Shown here in pieces: positions 40,703-42,560 of a stretch of DNA of 42,560 bases. Within the stretch, counting starts at the first letter, position 1. Each line of letters begins with the position of its first letter. This stretch comes from a virus, in the IMG/VR virus record IMGVR_UViG_3300002461_000092, positions 1 to 42,560 of that record; one strand, 5' to 3'. Made by a program: the position numbers and the translations under genes. Below the pieces are notes generated by a model. The model searched no databases and was not told where the DNA came from. It worked only from the letters and a program-made list of their open reading frames with translations.

Positions 40703-41115
40703 ACGGCCTCCTGTCCCTCCTCCCGGCCATCCTCGGCCCCATCTCGGACATCCTCGGCCGGCTCATCCCCGACCCGAACAAGCGGATCGAGCTGGAGAAC
40801 GAGATCACCAAGGCCCTCCTCTCCAACCAAGCCTCCATGCTCGACGCCATGAAGAGCGTCATGGTGGCGGACGCACAGTCGGAGGGCTGGCTCACCCGCA
40901 ACGCCCGGCCCCTCACCGTCGTTTGGGGCCTCTCCATGCTGACGTGGCTGGGCGTAGTCGCCCCGTCCCTCGGCATCGGCAGCGAAGCCATCGCCGCCAT
41001 CAAGCAGGTCCCCTCCGACCTGTGGAACCTCGTGACCGTGGGTGTGGGTGCCTACATCCTCGGCAAGACGGGCGAGAGCATCGCCACGTCGATGGCCAAC
41101 CGGCCAACCAAGTGA
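40699..41115 (+). CDS. 3-TM holin (GTA-type holin family-like)
   Basis: 138 aa from ATG 40699. The N-terminus LLPAILGPISDILGRLIPDPNKRIELENEI, then SEGWLTRNARPLTVVWG and hydrophobic segments, resemble the Rhodobacter GTA 3-TM holin family. Confidence 0.6.
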   Translation: MNGLLSLLPAILGPISDILGRLIPDPNKRIELENEITKALLSNQASMLDAMKSVMVADAQSEGWLTRNARPLTVVWGLSMLTWLGVVAPSLGIGSEAIAAIKQVPSDLWNLVTVGVGAYILGKTGESIATSMANRPTK

Positions 41116-41420
41116 TCCCGCGGCGGCCCTGCCGCTGGTCCCCGGCTGCGACCCGGGTCATGAAACTCGCACTTACTGGCGGGCCAACCGGCCTTGGCCA
41201 CCCCACCGCCGGACCTGAGCATGTCCCATAAACTGCTCACCTTCCCTGCCGTCCTGTCAGCGGAAGCGTTCGGTGACTTCGTGCCCCTCTTTAGGGGGCG
41301 AACACCACGGCTGAAACCAGACCGTTTGGCTCGCATGGCCCGCCCCTGAGGGGGCCGCCCCAGCGAACTACCTGACCGTCTCGGTGCTCGGGCCTATCCC
41401 CAACACCAGGACAATCCCCA

Positions 41421-42368
41421 ATGCCTGATACCACTGTCTCCCGCGTCGGCCAGATCAACACCTCTGGCGCCGTTGACGCCCTCTTCCTCAAGCTCTTCGC
41501 CGGTGAGGTCTTCACCGAGTTCGAGCGCACCAACGTCTTCAAGGACAAGCACTTCGTCCGCCCGATCCAGTCGGGTAAGTCCACCCAGTTCCCGCTGATC
41601 GGTCGCGCCTCGGCGTTCTACCATGACGTGGGTGAGTGGATGGACGGCTCCGCCATCCCGCACGCCGAGAAGGTCATCTCGGTCGGCAAGCCGCTCAAGG
41701 CCACGACCTTCATCTCGGACATTGACGAGGCGATGAACCACTACGAGGTTCGCGGCCCGTATGCCGCCGAGCTGGGTCAGGCCCTCGCCCTCGCCTACGA
41801 CGAGAACGTCGCCCGCGTCATGACCCTCGCCGCCCGCCAGTCGGGCCAGGTGACCGGCCGCGCCGGTGGCTCCCGCATCGTCAACGCCTCCATCCACTCG
41901 GATGCCGCCATCCTGACCGCCGCGATCTTCTCGGCCGCTCAGATTTTCGATGAGAAGGACATCCCCGAGGGTGAGCGCAATGCGTTCCTGCTCCCGGCCC
42001 AGTACTACCTGCTCGCGCAGAACGAGAGCCTCCTGAACAAGGACATCGGCGGCTCGGGCGCGATCAAGGATGGTACCGTCGAGACCGTCGCCGGCATCAC
42101 GCTGGTGAAGACCAACCGCGTCCCGCGCACCGACGTCTCCACGCCCACGGGCACCGTCGCCCCGGCCGCGTCCGGCAACTTCACCACGACCCGCGGCATC
42201 ATCGCCACGCCCATGGCTGCCGGTACCGTGCAGCTGATGGATATGTCGATGGAGAGCGAGTACGAAATCCGCCGCGCCGGCACCTTCATGGTCGCCTCGT
42301 ACGCGGTGGGCCACGACTGGCTCCGCCCGGAGTGCGCCATCGAGCTGGCGACCGCCAACCTCTCGTAA
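41421..42368 (+). CDS. major capsid protein (T7 gp10A-like)
   Basis: 315 aa. DALFLKLFAGEVFTEFERTNVF...VRPIQSGKSTQFPLIGR...DIDEAMNHYEVRGPYAAELGQALA is collinear with T7 gp10. Confidence 0.95.
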   Translation: MPDTTVSRVGQINTSGAVDALFLKLFAGEVFTEFERTNVFKDKHFVRPIQSGKSTQFPLIGRASAFYHDVGEWMDGSAIPHAEKVISVGKPLKATTFISDIDEAMNHYEVRGPYAAELGQALALAYDENVARVMTLAARQSGQVTGRAGGSRIVNASIHSDAAILTAAIFSAAQIFDEKDIPEGERNAFLLPAQYYLLAQNESLLNKDIGGSGAIKDGTVETVAGITLVKTNRVPRTDVSTPTGTVAPAASGNFTTTRGIIATPMAAGTVQLMDMSMESEYEIRRAGTFMVASYAVGHDWLRPECAIELATANLS

Positions 42369-42379
42369 TCCGTCCCTCA

Positions 42380-42416
42380 GGCCGGGGTCCCTTCACGGGG
42401 GCCTCGGCCATTTTTT
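42380..42416 (+). terminator. intrinsic terminator after the capsid gene (T-phi analogue)
   Basis: GGCCGGGGTCCC-TTCAC-GGGGGCCTCGGCC forms a ~12-bp GC stem. It is followed by A and TTTTTT (42411-42416), 12 nt after the capsid stop. Confidence 0.8.
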
Positions 42417-42431
42417 CGTTCCAAGGACACC

Positions 42432-42560
42432 GTGAACCTCACACCCACTACCGAGCTTGAGGCGGTCAACACCCTCCTTCGCACCATTGGCGAGGCTCCG
42501 GTGAACACCCTGACCGGCTCTCTTCCCGTCGATGCCTCCATGGCTCGTCAGCTTCTCCAC
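42432..42560 (+). CDS. tail tubular protein A (gp11-like), 5' part; continues at nt 95 of the window through the overlap
   Basis: GTG 42432 is in frame with the ORF ending at 556 after removing the 94-nt overlap. The sequence begins MNLTPTTELEAVNTLLRTIGEAPVNTLTG. Confidence 0.8.
   Translation, partial: MNLTPTTELEAVNTLLRTIGEAPVNTLTGSLPVDASMARQLLH
42467..42560 (+). repeat. contig-closing terminal overlap, copy 2
   Basis: Identical to nt 1-94. Confidence 0.95.

Noticed and set aside
41157-41179. A promoter-like sequence, TCATGAAACTCGCACTTACTGGC, in the 305-nt gap upstream of the capsid gene, as a fourth phage promoter (phi10 analogue).
   Set aside because: It shares AAACTC and GCACTT with the consensus only if a 2-nt deletion is allowed, and the 3' part (ACTGG versus GCCTA) differs. 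T7-type promoters are spacing-sensitive. It is worth including in a PWM scan but is not supported by eye.
42300-42420. A T7 10A/10B-style programmed -1 frameshift at the end of the capsid gene.
   Set aside because: I saw no slippery heptamer near the stop. The downstream sequence is the terminator hairpin, followed almost immediately by the gp11 start, which leaves no room for an extension domain.

Overview
The window is one complete genome of a high-G+C T7-like (Autographiviridae-type) podophage. It is assembled as a closed circle: nt 1-94 are repeated exactly at 42467-42560, which gives a 42,466-bp unit. The junction falls inside the gp11-like gene, so it is an assembly junction and not a physical end. 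Every credible gene is on the + strand, and the long minus-strand ORFs are mirror ORFs of GC-rich coding sequence.

Gene order, with the contig permuted relative to T7:
- 1-16316: tail tubular A/B, internal virion proteins gp13-16-like, collagen-repeat tail fibre, small membrane protein, and small and large terminase.
- 16317-17718: a 1.4-kb non-coding region that should hold the physical termini, one phage-RNAP promoter and two sigma70-like early promoters.
- 17.7-25.3 kb: an early region with a protein-kinase-like gene, a minimal C5-methyltransferase-like gene, a 555-aa orphan, a clan-MH metallopeptidase-like gene, then a MarR-like regulator, a tyrosine integrase and a full-length tRNA-Leu(CAA).
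- 25442-27835: single-subunit RNA polymerase.
- 27.9-36.8 kb: the DNA metabolism module, with gp2.5-like SSB, endonuclease I, primase-helicase, family-A DNA polymerase, a GIY-YIG/T5orf172-like ORF, 5'-3' exonuclease and a DUF5664-like protein.
- 37274-42368: portal, scaffold, a lysis cassette (GH19 endolysin, two mini-ORFs, 3-TM holin) inserted between scaffold and capsid, then the major capsid protein and a strong intrinsic terminator.

Things worth a second look:
- Three copies of a 23-bp phage-promoter consensus, ATTTAACTCCTACACTTGCCTAA.
- A stop-codon-anchored intergenic motif family, TGATCACTGCCAAGGCGGGA and variants, with at least 11 copies in the early and middle regions.
- A lysogeny-type module with candidate arm-type repeats flanking the tRNA.
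- The relocated lysis cassette, with no recognisable spanins.
- An early island of genes that have no T7 counterparts.

I recognised no DNA ligase, gp3.5-type amidase or Rz/Rz1 pair. All functional calls come from motifs read by eye and from synteny. No database search was run.
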